DNA of 25,117 nucleotides from a virus (taxonomy: Duplodnaviria; Caudoviricetes). Both the position numbers and the translations under genes were made by a program. The first letter of the stretch is position 1. Each line of letters starts with the position of its first letter. Positions 8,239 through 17,653 of the stretch are shown here, piece after piece. The stretch is taken from positions 1 to 25,117 of the IMG/VR virus record IMGVR_UViG_3300022183_000065; one strand, 5' to 3'. The notes under the pieces were generated by a model, which worked only from the letters and a program-made list of their open reading frames with translations, had not been told where the DNA came from and made no database searches.

Positions 8239-10033
8239 TTACTAACCTACTTATATTATTGTGCTTTTGCACCTCTATCTTTTCTAGTAGTGGATGAGAC
8301 CACAAGTGAGATACCAAATATGTATTTAGTTCTTCCTCAAGTAAAACCTCAATTAGTTTTTCTCTTCCGGACTCATCCAGAACATTCATAACTTCATCTA
8401 AGAATAAAACATTAATCTTACTAGAAGACAAGCTATTCATTAGCTTTCTAATAGCTAATAGAGTAGCCGTATTTACCCTTGCCAGTTCTCCACTGGATAA
8501 AGCCAATATATCAATTACGTTTCCATTATCCGTAACTTCCACATTTAGTTTATCATTGTTTACTGCAAAGTTCAATGTAAACCTACCATCAGATAATTCT
8601 GACAAATATACGCTTGTAAGTTCTTCTAACTCTTTTACAAGGTTTTCTATCTTATAAGCTATAAGTCCTGTCGTGCTAAATGCTTTTTTCAATATCTCAA
8701 TATTTGATCTACGCTCACCACAAGAATCGTACTTATCTTTAGAGTCTTTAAGATCTGACTCAAAATTAGCTGTTTGCTCTAGTATTACTTCTATGCGAGC
8801 ATTGTGGGCTGCAATTTCAGTATTTTCTCTCTCAACAGCTTCCAAGGTATTTCTATCTTCTTGTATCTTATCTTTTAACATGTATACCATTTTTGATAGA
8901 GTATCCTCGTCCAGAACTTCAGAAGGCATACTGGTGTCTATGGAGTTATATAATTCACTCCATTCCCTTTTTGCTTTATTCTTCTTTCTAAGATTAGAAT
9001 TTGCCTCTTTTATATCCTCTATGGAACTTTTAACAATATCAAACTCTGTTTTTAAAGTTTCCAGGCTACTTCTATGATGCTCCATCTGTTCGGAAAACTT
9101 TTCTTTAGGTATATCTTGACCACACGAACCACATACATCTGGAGTGGATTCAATCCTTTTTATTTCCTTTTTAGCGTGGTCTGCAAACCCTTTTATCTCC
9201 CCTAATTTAGATTGTAAATCATCATAAGAGATTAATTCTTCTGGAGCTTCCATAGCGTTAATTTTATTTATATCAATACTACGAAGAAGGTCTTTCTTAG
9301 TATTATTTTGTAAAATTTTTCTGTTCGTAACCGAAATATTTTCAAGTTCCAACTGTAACGAAGCCAATTCTTTTACGGTGTCTTCATTGATTTTTGGTAG
9401 ATTTTTCATTACCTTTGGTTTGGTATCACTCAATTTGTTATTTTCCAACCATTTTTGTGCTACCGAAACCTTGGCTTCTAACCCTGCGTATTCTTTATCA
9501 ATCTGCCTTGAGGCGTCCTTGAAAACTTCAAACAATTCTACATACTTTTCCAGTCCTAGAAGGTCTATAAGAAACTTTTTTCTATTCGCATCTGTTGCTG
9601 TTAAAAAGTTTAAGCTATTATTTGTGTTTTGATATACTACTTGAGTAAAAGTTTTAAAATCATAACCAAGAACAGCTTGGATATTTTTATAAGTATCCGT
9701 AGCTGTATGACTACTAATATCTTCCCCGTTTTTAGTAAATACTGCTTTTAGAGATGCTTTTCTTTTAACAGATACCGTATAAATATCTTCTCCAGAAGAA
9801 AATTCTACAAATATTTCGTATCCTTTCCCAATATCTCTATTAGCTATATCTGCTTTTTTGATCCCCTTACTGTTTTTATTAAATAAAACTTCCTCTAAAA
9901 TTAACGGGATGGAGGATTTCCCCACCCCGTTAGTTCCCAATATCTGGGTTATTTTAGAAGAAGATAAGTCTACTTCATTGTTTTCGCCATAGCTAAAACA
10001 ATTACTCCATCGTAGTTTCTTTAGAATAATCAT
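8231..10033 (-). CDS. D13: SbcC/Rad50-like recombination ATPase (T5 D13-like)
   Basis: Walker A GTNGVGKS, coiled coil with CGSCG zinc hook, LSSGE signature, FLDE Walker B. Likely start MIILKKLRWSN at 10033. Confidence 0.93.
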   Translation of the reverse strand: MIILKKLRWSNCFSYGENNEVDLSSSKITQILGTNGVGKSSIPLILEEVLFNKNSKGIKKADIANRDIGKGYEIFVEFSSGEDIYTVSVKRKASLKAVFTKNGEDISSHTATDTYKNIQAVLGYDFKTFTQVVYQNTNNSLNFLTATDANRKKFLIDLLGLEKYVELFEVFKDASRQIDKEYAGLEAKVSVAQKWLENNKLSDTKPKVMKNLPKINEDTVKELASLQLELENISVTNRKILQNNTKKDLLRSIDINKINAMEAPEELISYDDLQSKLGEIKGFADHAKKEIKRIESTPDVCGSCGQDIPKEKFSEQMEHHRSSLETLKTEFDIVKSSIEDIKEANSNLRKKNKAKREWSELYNSIDTSMPSEVLDEDTLSKMVYMLKDKIQEDRNTLEAVERENTEIAAHNARIEVILEQTANFESDLKDSKDKYDSCGERRSNIEILKKAFSTTGLIAYKIENLVKELEELTSVYLSELSDGRFTLNFAVNNDKLNVEVTDNGNVIDILALSSGELARVNTATLLAIRKLMNSLSSSKINVLFLDEVMNVLDESGREKLIEVLLEEELNTYLVSHLWSHPLLEKIEVQKHNNISRLVNG

Positions 10034-10961
10034 TATATATTCCAATAACTCCTGGTATCTTTTCTTCGGGTATCTCTAAAATATATGTTAGATACTCTAC
10101 TAATTCTTCACCTATGCTAAGATTATTTCCTAACACTAAGGCTGCTTCTGTGCTTCTTTTTACAATTTTCTTATCTAACAAAGAAGAGTTAGAAACTTTA
10201 GAAAGGTCTCCAAGGTCTCCTTCGAGTTCATAAATGACATGATCGTAAAACTCCTGTACCATATCGTCCTCAGAAGATACGGTCTTTCTTATTAACTGAG
10301 GAAGTTTTAGTTCTTCCCAGTACCAATCGTTATCCTCCATTAGAGCTATAATTACACCTGTTGACACCCTATTACGGTGAAAAGATGTAGTCATAGGACT
10401 TCCAGGATACACTATATTTTTCTGTGTGTTGCTGTGACTATGTAAATCCCCAGCATATACTACAGGAAATCTAGCGAACCTCTCTAAGTCTACCTCGGGG
10501 GTAACGTGAGGGGGTATTTCGCCCCTCACATGAGTAAACACAGGTAAGTTAGAATTAAGTATCTCGATACTATCCTTTTTATGTAAATCACAGTAAGGAA
10601 GTATACTAAAACCTCTGCTATCTTCATAGCTCTCATCCACTATAGTTACTAGTGGATTTAGTCTCTGAGTAACTTCTACTAAAGAACTAAAGAAGGTTTT
10701 ATTCTTTTTAGTTGCTTCGTGATTTCCATCAAAGATTATAGTTTCTACACTTACTTTCGATATAAACTCAAAGTATAGCTCCAACTCATCTAGGGTTGGT
10801 ACTCTGTCGAATATATCTCCGCCAATAATATGTATATCTACATCTTCCTCAAGGCTATGTATCTGCTCAAAGAAACTGTTATATCTTGCAATAGCCCAAT
10901 TAACTGGGACATTTTTCTGCCCCAGTTTTATGTGCCAATCTGCGCTAAACAGTATCTTCAT
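10002..10961 (-). CDS. D12: SbcD/Mre11-like metallophosphoesterase nuclease (T5 D12-like)
   Basis: DWH, GGDIFD, GNHE, GDLH and YPGSP motifs, adjacent to the SbcC-like gene. Confidence 0.93.
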   Translation of the reverse strand: MKILFSADWHIKLGQKNVPVNWAIARYNSFFEQIHSLEEDVDIHIIGGDIFDRVPTLDELELYFEFISKVSVETIIFDGNHEATKKNKTFFSSLVEVTQRLNPLVTIVDESYEDSRGFSILPYCDLHKKDSIEILNSNLPVFTHVRGEIPPHVTPEVDLERFARFPVVYAGDLHSHSNTQKNIVYPGSPMTTSFHRNRVSTGVIIALMEDNDWYWEELKLPQLIRKTVSSEDDMVQEFYDHVIYELEGDLGDLSKVSNSSLLDKKIVKRSTEAALVLGNNLSIGEELVEYLTYILEIPEEKIPGVIGIYNDYSKETTME

Positions 10962-11614
10962 TAAGACACATCAAAGTCGTCGTCATCAAACTCTTCTGCG
11001 TCTGATTCGTCAACATTCTCAGTATCTTTGCCCATCATACGCTCAAGCAACTCTTTTTGAGACTCAGGAGTAGGTCTAGCGAAGATTTCTTCTACATCCG
11101 GTGCTCCTTCAATCAAAGCGCGAACCTCATCAGATACCGGACCCTGAGCTTTAGAGCACTTTAGCTCTTGGATGTTATACTTTACGTTCATGGGCTGAGG
11201 ACCAGTCTTTTCTTTCTCGTAGCAGATATCCCAACCGTTATCTAGGTCTGTGGGGTCTCCCAAGTCCGCTGCAAGTTTGATTACTCGGTCCATAAGGGTT
11301 TTCTTTGGATTGAAGATTTTAAGTTCACCATTCTCAACACAAAGCATAACATAGCCATACTTTGACTTGAGGTCTGGATAGTAGTGCTTAACCCAGTCTT
11401 TCTCACTGTTAGTCCAACGCTGTTGGTCTCTATCCCAAGATAGACACTCTACCGGCATAGTGCGACCTTCTGCGTTAGTTACCCAGTAAATATAACGAGG
11501 AATAATACCACCGAAGATACGGATACGATTGTCTCCGAATTGAGGCTTGTGCTCGTTTAGCTTCTCCCGACTACCGCCGGTATCTTCTTTCATCTGTCCA
11601 AATGCTAATGCCAT
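10961..11614 (-). CDS. D11: Single-stranded DNA-binding protein (T5 D11-like)
   Basis: PRYIYWV, LGDPTD and KTGP...NVKY motifs, very acidic C-terminal tail, T5 gene order. Confidence 0.8.
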   Translation of the reverse strand: MALAFGQMKEDTGGSREKLNEHKPQFGDNRIRIFGGIIPRYIYWVTNAEGRTMPVECLSWDRDQQRWTNSEKDWVKHYYPDLKSKYGYVMLCVENGELKIFNPKKTLMDRVIKLAADLGDPTDLDNGWDICYEKEKTGPQPMNVKYNIQELKCSKAQGPVSDEVRALIEGAPDVEEIFARPTPESQKELLERMMGKDTENVDESDAEEFDDDDFDVS

Positions 11615-11629
11615 AGTTTTTCCTTTTGC

Positions 11630-12013
11630 TTATGCTTCATAAAGAAACTGGATGCTATCATCTACAATTTCAAGAAGCGGATTGTTTGCGAACTTTTCAG
11701 TTGAGACTGGGCATCCCAATACCGAAAGATCGGCTTGTTTAGTTATTTTATAATGGTTGTAGCTTCTGTAGCTGGCTATGCCAACATACTGAGCTATATG
11801 ACGAGGGGTATGAACATGCCTGTTAGCGAGAAGTCGCTCAGGATGAACTAAGAAGCTCTGCCCAGACCAATCTGTATAGGATAACCCATACATAGGATCG
11901 AACTTGCTTTTTGGCGTGAGATTAAACGTTTGATAAGCTATAACCCTTATTACAAGGTTAGCATTGCTCTTAGCATAGAGCCGTATTTTTTGCCAATCGT
12001 AACGAATAAGCAC
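11630..12013 (-). CDS. T5-like hypothetical protein between D10 and D11
   Basis: 127 aa, GTG start downstream of a consensus promoter, syntenic position. Confidence 0.75.
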   Translation of the reverse strand: MLIRYDWQKIRLYAKSNANLVIRVIAYQTFNLTPKSKFDPMYGLSYTDWSGQSFLVHPERLLANRHVHTPRHIAQYVGIASYRSYNHYKITKQADLSVLGCPVSTEKFANNPLLEIVDDSIQFLYEA

Positions 12014-12039
12014 GCAGGATTTCCCAAAGTCAAGAGTAT

Positions 12040-12068
12040 ATTATACAGGGTGTCACCTAAAATGTCAA
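12040..12068 (-). promoter_or_regulatory. Sigma70-type promoter P1, upstream of the D11-D15/nrd block
   Basis: TTGACA-TTTTAGGTGACACCCTG(17 nt)-TATAAT, perfect consensus. Confidence 0.9.
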
Positions 12069-12080
12069 GAAATATTTTTA

Positions 12081-13370
12081 TCATATGTCTGTAAAAGATA
12101 CACGATAATCTTGTTGACGGTAGTGGGCCAGCCTTGTTCCCGCTTGCTTACTTGCCGTCTTTCCCTTTAAGTTTACATCAACAATAACCGGCTGTATTTT
12201 ACCCGGATATTCCCTAACAACACGCCCTATTAACTGTGTTAGTAATGGCGTATTATTTACAGGGGTTGCAAGAATGAGACAGGAGAGTGGATTTACTGAT
12301 ATGCCTTCCGAGAATATACTCTGTGTCCCTAGCAATATATCTACTTCTCCTGCTTTTACTTTCTCTAATCTTTCCTCTCTTTCTTCTAAAGTATTTTCGC
12401 CAGTAATAATTACGGCGTGCTTACCAATAGTTAGTTTTAGGCGTTTAAGAAAGTTCACTCTATCACTGACTAAGAGCACTTTGTGCCCTTTATTTTTGTA
12501 TATGGCTGCCAGCATCGCCACTATTTTGCCATACTCCTCGTTAGCTACAAGGTCATTGACCCGTAACGCCCAAGGAGCACGACCATCCATGAAACGAATC
12601 TTAGACTGTATAATGTCTACTTTAGGTTTCATGAAATTTTCTGGAGGCGGAGTAAATCTAGTATACCCAAAATAATCGGGCATAAGTATATGCCTACCAT
12701 CTTTTCGTTCAACAGTGCCCGACAAACCTATTTTGTATCTTGCGTAAGATGCATCAACAAGTTTATTGAATGTATTGGCTGGAATATGATGACATTCGTC
12801 AACAATTATAGTACCAAACTTTGTAGCTATCTCGTCTTTGACTTTATATAATGTCTGAACGTTTCCAACTACAATATTCTTATCTATTTCCTTTCTCCCA
12901 GAACCAATTACTCCAGGCTGTATTCCGAAAACTTTTATTATTTCCTTCTCCCACTGCGTTCTTAGCGCAATAGTATGAGTTATTATAAGAGTTTTTTGAC
13001 CCAACTTACCAGCAATAGCTAATGCTGTGAAGGTTTTACCCCAAGACACAGAAGCGTTAATTACAGCGTTGTCATCAATTCTATCATAAACATCTTGTTG
13101 AGATTGCCTAAGATCGAACTTAAACTCTGGAAACTCTACAGGAATAGTTACTCTCTTATCAACTATTTCATAGCCTTTGGGTATTAGATCTACCCTACCA
13201 ACAGGTATGGATATTAGACCAGACCTAACCCTCTTCATATTTTTAATGATAGTGGGCGGCTTGTCCTCCCTATAAGAAGGTATCTCATAGGTAAGTTTCT
13301 CGTCAAAGCCATTTATCTCTGAAGGCTCAACGTTTAACATAATCCTGTTAGATATTATAGCTTTACCCAT
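12081..13370 (-). CDS. D10: SF2 DNA helicase (T5 D10 / UvsW-like)
   Basis: SWGKT, DECHH, LSGT, SEGIS and QLIGRV motifs. Confidence 0.92.
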   Translation of the reverse strand: MGKAIISNRIMLNVEPSEINGFDEKLTYEIPSYREDKPPTIIKNMKRVRSGLISIPVGRVDLIPKGYEIVDKRVTIPVEFPEFKFDLRQSQQDVYDRIDDNAVINASVSWGKTFTALAIAGKLGQKTLIITHTIALRTQWEKEIIKVFGIQPGVIGSGRKEIDKNIVVGNVQTLYKVKDEIATKFGTIIVDECHHIPANTFNKLVDASYARYKIGLSGTVERKDGRHILMPDYFGYTRFTPPPENFMKPKVDIIQSKIRFMDGRAPWALRVNDLVANEEYGKIVAMLAAIYKNKGHKVLLVSDRVNFLKRLKLTIGKHAVIITGENTLEEREERLEKVKAGEVDILLGTQSIFSEGISVNPLSCLILATPVNNTPLLTQLIGRVVREYPGKIQPVIVDVNLKGKTASKQAGTRLAHYRQQDYRVSFTDI

Positions 13371-14028
13371 TCTTATACTTAGCTATTAGATAGTCTTTTA
13401 CAAACTTACTACGAACTATATCATCTATTCCGAAATCTACGAAATCAAACTGATCCATTTCTTTTATAATTTCCATAAATTCCTTGATACCGCTGGATTT
13501 TAAGTCTGACTGAAAAAAGTCTCCACAGAATATTATTCTACAGTTGTTACCCACCCTTGTTATTAGGCTGTCTAACTCATGAAAACTCATATTCTGACAC
13601 TCATCCACAATCACTACAGTATCTTGAAATGTTACTCCCCTAACATGGGAAGTAGTAATAAACTTTACAGCATAGTTCTTTTTAAGAATGCCATATGCGT
13701 CACCCCTATGAAAAAGCTCACTACATATTGCTATGTAGGGTTGCTCATAGACTTTTGACTTTTCTTCCTCATTGCCTGGAAGGAAGCCCATTTCCCTCGT
13801 AGGAACTGCACTTCTTACTAAGGTAATATCTTTATATTTCTTTTTTATCATGTCATCAAAGGCAAGATACATTGAAATATATGTTTTACCAGTTCCAGCG
13901 CAACCATGAAGAAATAAATTCTTATCAGACTCGAATACCTTTAGTTGTCCTCTGGTAAGAGGATCAATATCAATTAATTCTAAGTTGGCAGAATTTAATT
14001 TGTCATTGTTCATTTTCTTTTTACGCAC
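13363..14028 (-). CDS. phoH: PhoH-like ATPase
   Basis: GCAGTGKT, MGFLPG, RGVTF, DECQN, GDFFQSD and DIVRS motifs. Confidence 0.93.
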   Translation of the reverse strand: MRKKKMNNDKLNSANLELIDIDPLTRGQLKVFESDKNLFLHGCAGTGKTYISMYLAFDDMIKKKYKDITLVRSAVPTREMGFLPGNEEEKSKVYEQPYIAICSELFHRGDAYGILKKNYAVKFITTSHVRGVTFQDTVVIVDECQNMSFHELDSLITRVGNNCRIIFCGDFFQSDLKSSGIKEFMEIIKEMDQFDFVDFGIDDIVRSKFVKDYLIAKYKNG

Positions 14029-14522
14029 TAAATCATCCTTCTATAGCTTTTACACTTATTCTCAGAGAAATCGTATATAAGCCAAGGCTCATTGTTTACA
14101 ATGATAACATGAGCCCATTCCTTGCCCAAGGGGGCAGACTTCAAAACAAACGGAGAGTTGTAGCCATGTAGCCACAACCTACAGTAGTAATCCAAAAATT
14201 CCTTATTTTTTATTTTTATACTTTTTATATTGACGTACTTAGTTTTTAAGTATCTAAAACAGTTACCCTTAGTATCTATAAAATTTTTATACTTGGACTT
14301 AACTAATGCTGTAAAATCCTCATACATAATATTCAATAAATATTTCCTATGAGGAGTGTGTAAACGGCGTCTACCCAAAGTTGATTGCTTTTGGTTTCTG
14401 TCGTCTATTACTTTATCATTACACTTTAGCAGACCATCTCGGTAAGTCAGTTCCCCGGTAAGAGCATACACAGGGAACTCTACCCTAGTTAAAATTTTAT
14501 CATACGTTAATTCTATTAGCAT
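14028..14522 (-). CDS. T5-like hypothetical protein downstream of the polymerase
   Basis: Start trimmed to MLIELTYDKIL (14522), overlapping the polymerase 3' end. FPVY...IDDRN...TLGRRRL pattern, 164 aa. Confidence 0.75.
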   Translation of the reverse strand: MLIELTYDKILTRVEFPVYALTGELTYRDGLLKCNDKVIDDRNQKQSTLGRRRLHTPHRKYLLNIMYEDFTALVKSKYKNFIDTKGNCFRYLKTKYVNIKSIKIKNKEFLDYYCRLWLHGYNSPFVLKSAPLGKEWAHVIIVNNEPWLIYDFSENKCKSYRRMI

Positions 14523-16773
14523 ACTGCTTCTCAAACTTGCCAAAAGCATAGTCTTGGCCAATATCAAAGTCGCAACCAATGGGGAAACCTGGTATGGATA
14601 TTCCACGATCCATCTGTATACGTTCTTGTAAAATTTCACAGTATACGTCTACATCCTCATCCGCAACATCAGCAAGAACCGAGTCGTGAACCAAAGCAAA
14701 CATGTTAGCATCTAGTCCGTCGGCTTCCACAATTTGTTGTGTTTCCATAGCACCTATCAGATTTACATCCGAGGCAGGTGATTGGACAATAAAATTGAGG
14801 CCGGACCGTATTGCGTGGGCAACAGTCCCTTTGTTATCAGACTGTACATCAGGTAGCCTTCGCTTCCTGCCAAAATGAGAATAGACATGAGCATCACGAG
14901 CAATGGCCGCTTTATTCCTGTCAATCCATCTTTTAAGGGTGCTAAAGTTTCTGAAGTACTGGTCAATGATTTCTTGTGCTTCTCCAACGGTAAGATTACC
15001 TCCATCTTTATTTACTTGGGTGCTAATTGTAGGTGCTCCCGCCCCATAAATAATACCAAAGTTTACAGCTTTGGTAGCCTGTCTGTAGTCTGGATATAGT
15101 TTATCCACATCCTCTACTTCGCAATCAAGGTTGAATACATCCTTAGCTACAGTAGAGTGAAAGTTAGTTCCTGCTTTGAAGATTGCTTGCAGCTTCTTGT
15201 CACCAGACAATACAGCAGCAACATATATCTCAGCAGTAGTTAAGTCCATTGCTACAATCTTACGACCTTCTGGAGCTTTTATACAACCTTTTACAATTGC
15301 ATTGTCCCTAGGTATCTGTTGCATGTTCAATTTACCACTAGAGGATAATCGACCTGCAACAGTTCCGTGAAGATTGAAGTTAGTTCTAAGTCTGCTATCT
15401 CTGTCAAGCTGAGGAATAATCTTATCAATATAAGTATTCTTTAGCTTAGTATCCTTTCGGATATTTAAGATCATAGCAGGAACTTCATGTTCCTTAGACA
15501 GCATATCCAAAGCCTCAGCGCCAAGAGAGTCTGCACCCTTGTCTGTCTTGATGCCAGTGGGCCTAAGACCAAGATAGTCAAAGAACAGTTTACGGAGCTG
15601 AATAACACTATTAGGGTTAAACTCTCCGTTAACTTCAAGAAAGGATTTTACTTCTTTCATGTCTAATAACTTATCTGTCATCTCCTGTATATCTCCTGTG
15701 AGGAGGCTTTGTGCGGCAGCTAACCTGTCCTTATCAAAAGGAACTCCATTATCCTGAACCTTCATTAGAAATCGGCAAGCAGGAATAAGTATCTCGTTGT
15801 AAACTTTTAGCAACTTAACATTACCACGTTTCAGAGCTTTTTCAAACTTCTGAAAGATCATAAATGTTACAGTAGCATCAAGAGCAGCATAGTTCTGCAT
15901 AACATCAAATGGAATCCACTCCCACTTAAAGTCATCCTTACGAATGCCATGCTGCTTACGATACTCGTCCATCCACTCATACATAGGCTTTTCGTAGTCA
16001 CCGTAATCGGTATACTTCATAGCCAATTGCTTCAATCCATGTGTTCCAGGACGCTCATCAATTACATAATGCATAAGCATTGTATCCTCAAACTGAGGAA
16101 TAGTAATGTTGAAATGGTACTCAAACATAGGAATATCGAATTTAGCATTGTGAAATACAGGTCTTTTCAGGTTGATTAGCTCTTGTAGCTTCTCTTCCAC
16201 TCTTTCTGTAATTACGTCAGCATCAATATAAGCGCCAGTATCAGGAGCACCACAGATACTAATTCCCAGAATGTATCCGTTTCTAGGATATAATCCGCTA
16301 GTCTCAGAGTCAATCCCAAAGAAATCATACTCATCATCAATAACTTTTTGTATATAATCATATGCTTCCTGCTCGTCCTGAATACCTATAAAGCTATCAC
16401 CAATTTCTGCCTTCTTCTTGTTACCAGAAATGTATTGTTTGATGTTATCCACACCAGTTTCTAATACTCTTTTCACCTCTGGCTTAAAAGTAATCATTGC
16501 TGGGTTAATTAGGGGCAGAAACTTGCCATCTACCAAGGTTCCGGAATAGTCCATAACTTTGGTTGCTTTGGTGTAGTATTTTAAAGGTTCGGCTCCAACA
16601 AGAATAATCCAATCATAATCATCTGGATTCATACTTATATCAACATCTTTCTTTAGCACTTTTTGCAGACTAGCATCTGAGGCTAAAGAAAATCGGTCAA
16701 AAGGCCAAGCATTTCCAAAAACTTCTATATAGTTATTTTTGGAGGGCTTAGACTCTACAATTGCTATTTTCAT
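14500..16773 (-). CDS. polA: Family A DNA polymerase with 3'-5' exonuclease and short N-terminal UDG-like domain
   Basis: Exonuclease motifs DSETSG, HNAKFD and YAALD. Polymerase motifs DLTTAE, RQATKAVNFGIIYG (Phe at the E. coli 762-equivalent position) and LVHDS. Confidence 0.97.
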   Translation of the reverse strand: MKIAIVESKPSKNNYIEVFGNAWPFDRFSLASDASLQKVLKKDVDISMNPDDYDWIILVGAEPLKYYTKATKVMDYSGTLVDGKFLPLINPAMITFKPEVKRVLETGVDNIKQYISGNKKKAEIGDSFIGIQDEQEAYDYIQKVIDDEYDFFGIDSETSGLYPRNGYILGISICGAPDTGAYIDADVITERVEEKLQELINLKRPVFHNAKFDIPMFEYHFNITIPQFEDTMLMHYVIDERPGTHGLKQLAMKYTDYGDYEKPMYEWMDEYRKQHGIRKDDFKWEWIPFDVMQNYAALDATVTFMIFQKFEKALKRGNVKLLKVYNEILIPACRFLMKVQDNGVPFDKDRLAAAQSLLTGDIQEMTDKLLDMKEVKSFLEVNGEFNPNSVIQLRKLFFDYLGLRPTGIKTDKGADSLGAEALDMLSKEHEVPAMILNIRKDTKLKNTYIDKIIPQLDRDSRLRTNFNLHGTVAGRLSSSGKLNMQQIPRDNAIVKGCIKAPEGRKIVAMDLTTAEIYVAAVLSGDKKLQAIFKAGTNFHSTVAKDVFNLDCEVEDVDKLYPDYRQATKAVNFGIIYGAGAPTISTQVNKDGGNLTVGEAQEIIDQYFRNFSTLKRWIDRNKAAIARDAHVYSHFGRKRRLPDVQSDNKGTVAHAIRSGLNFIVQSPASDVNLIGAMETQQIVEADGLDANMFALVHDSVLADVADEDVDVYCEILQERIQMDRGISIPGFPIGCDFDIGQDYAFGKFEKQYANRINV

Positions 16774-16797
16774 GCTATATCCTTAGTTTGAATGTAT

Positions 16798-16826
16798 ATT
16801 ATACAGGATAACGATAAGTAAGTCAA
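16798..16826 (-). promoter_or_regulatory. Sigma70-type promoter P2, upstream of the polymerase
   Basis: TTGACT-17 nt-TATAAT. The TGA of the -35 is the primase stop codon. Confidence 0.88.
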
Positions 16827-17653
16827 GAATTATATAGCTTCTTTCTTAAACTATTTACTTGAGGCTGTGACAGCTCTCCAGGATCACCACTTTTTAGATT
16901 TACCACTCTAACAGGGAATCCTTTACATATTTCTTTTACTTTTTCTGATGCCTCTTTTCCGGCCTTGTCTCCATCAAACAAGACATCTATTCCCATAACT
17001 CCAGAAACTTTTAACAAGTCAAGCTTTTCAGGACTAAACTTGTTTACTCCAAAGCAACATACAGCATTTTCTAAACCTTTATCATGCAGGTTTAGCATAT
17101 CGAATAATCCTTCTACTAATATAATTCTGCTCTGTATTGTTTTTACTTGTGGGAATAGAGGAGGACTAACATTAGGAGGCCAAAACTTGTATTTGGCCCT
17201 CTCTGTCATAGTATAATCCCTACCTTGAAAGCATACTATCTTTCCCCCTGAATTAGTTATAGGGAAATTTATTCTATTTTTAAAATCATTTTTACCGTGT
17301 TCAAAAGCATTGAACTTTTTATAAGTTTTGGGACTTATACCTCTCCAGTTACCAACATAAGGCATAAACCCCTCTGGCATTTCAAGACCAAAGTTATCTG
17401 ATCTTAACTTTGCCATAATTCTTTTCAAGTTCTCCCTTTTTAGAGAGGACTCACTAATATCTATGTTATAGTGTCTAAAGAGACTTCCTTTGTATCCGCA
17501 AGAGAAACAATTAAATATACCCAATACCTTATCAACACGCATACTGGGGTTTCTATCTTCATGTTCGGGATTAAGGCATTTTATTAGAAAGTCTTGTCCA
17601 GACTCTCTGTATTCAAGAGACCTTTCAATTAAAACCTGCTCTACTTCACTCAT
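16823..17653 (-). CDS. dnaG: DnaG-type DNA primase
   Basis: Zinc finger CLNPEH...CFSC, RINFP, FQGR, TOPRIM LVEGLFD and FDGD. Confidence 0.92.
   Translation of the reverse strand: MSEVEQVLIERSLEYRESGQDFLIKCLNPEHEDRNPSMRVDKVLGIFNCFSCGYKGSLFRHYNIDISESSLKRENLKRIMAKLRSDNFGLEMPEGFMPYVGNWRGISPKTYKKFNAFEHGKNDFKNRINFPITNSGGKIVCFQGRDYTMTERAKYKFWPPNVSPPLFPQVKTIQSRIILVEGLFDMLNLHDKGLENAVCCFGVNKFSPEKLDLLKVSGVMGIDVLFDGDKAGKEASEKVKEICKGFPVRVVNLKSGDPGELSQPQVNSLRKKLYNS

Noticed and set aside
12005-12033. Second TTGACT just downstream of promoter P1
   Set aside because: No -10 hexamer at 17-nt spacing (CTTATT).
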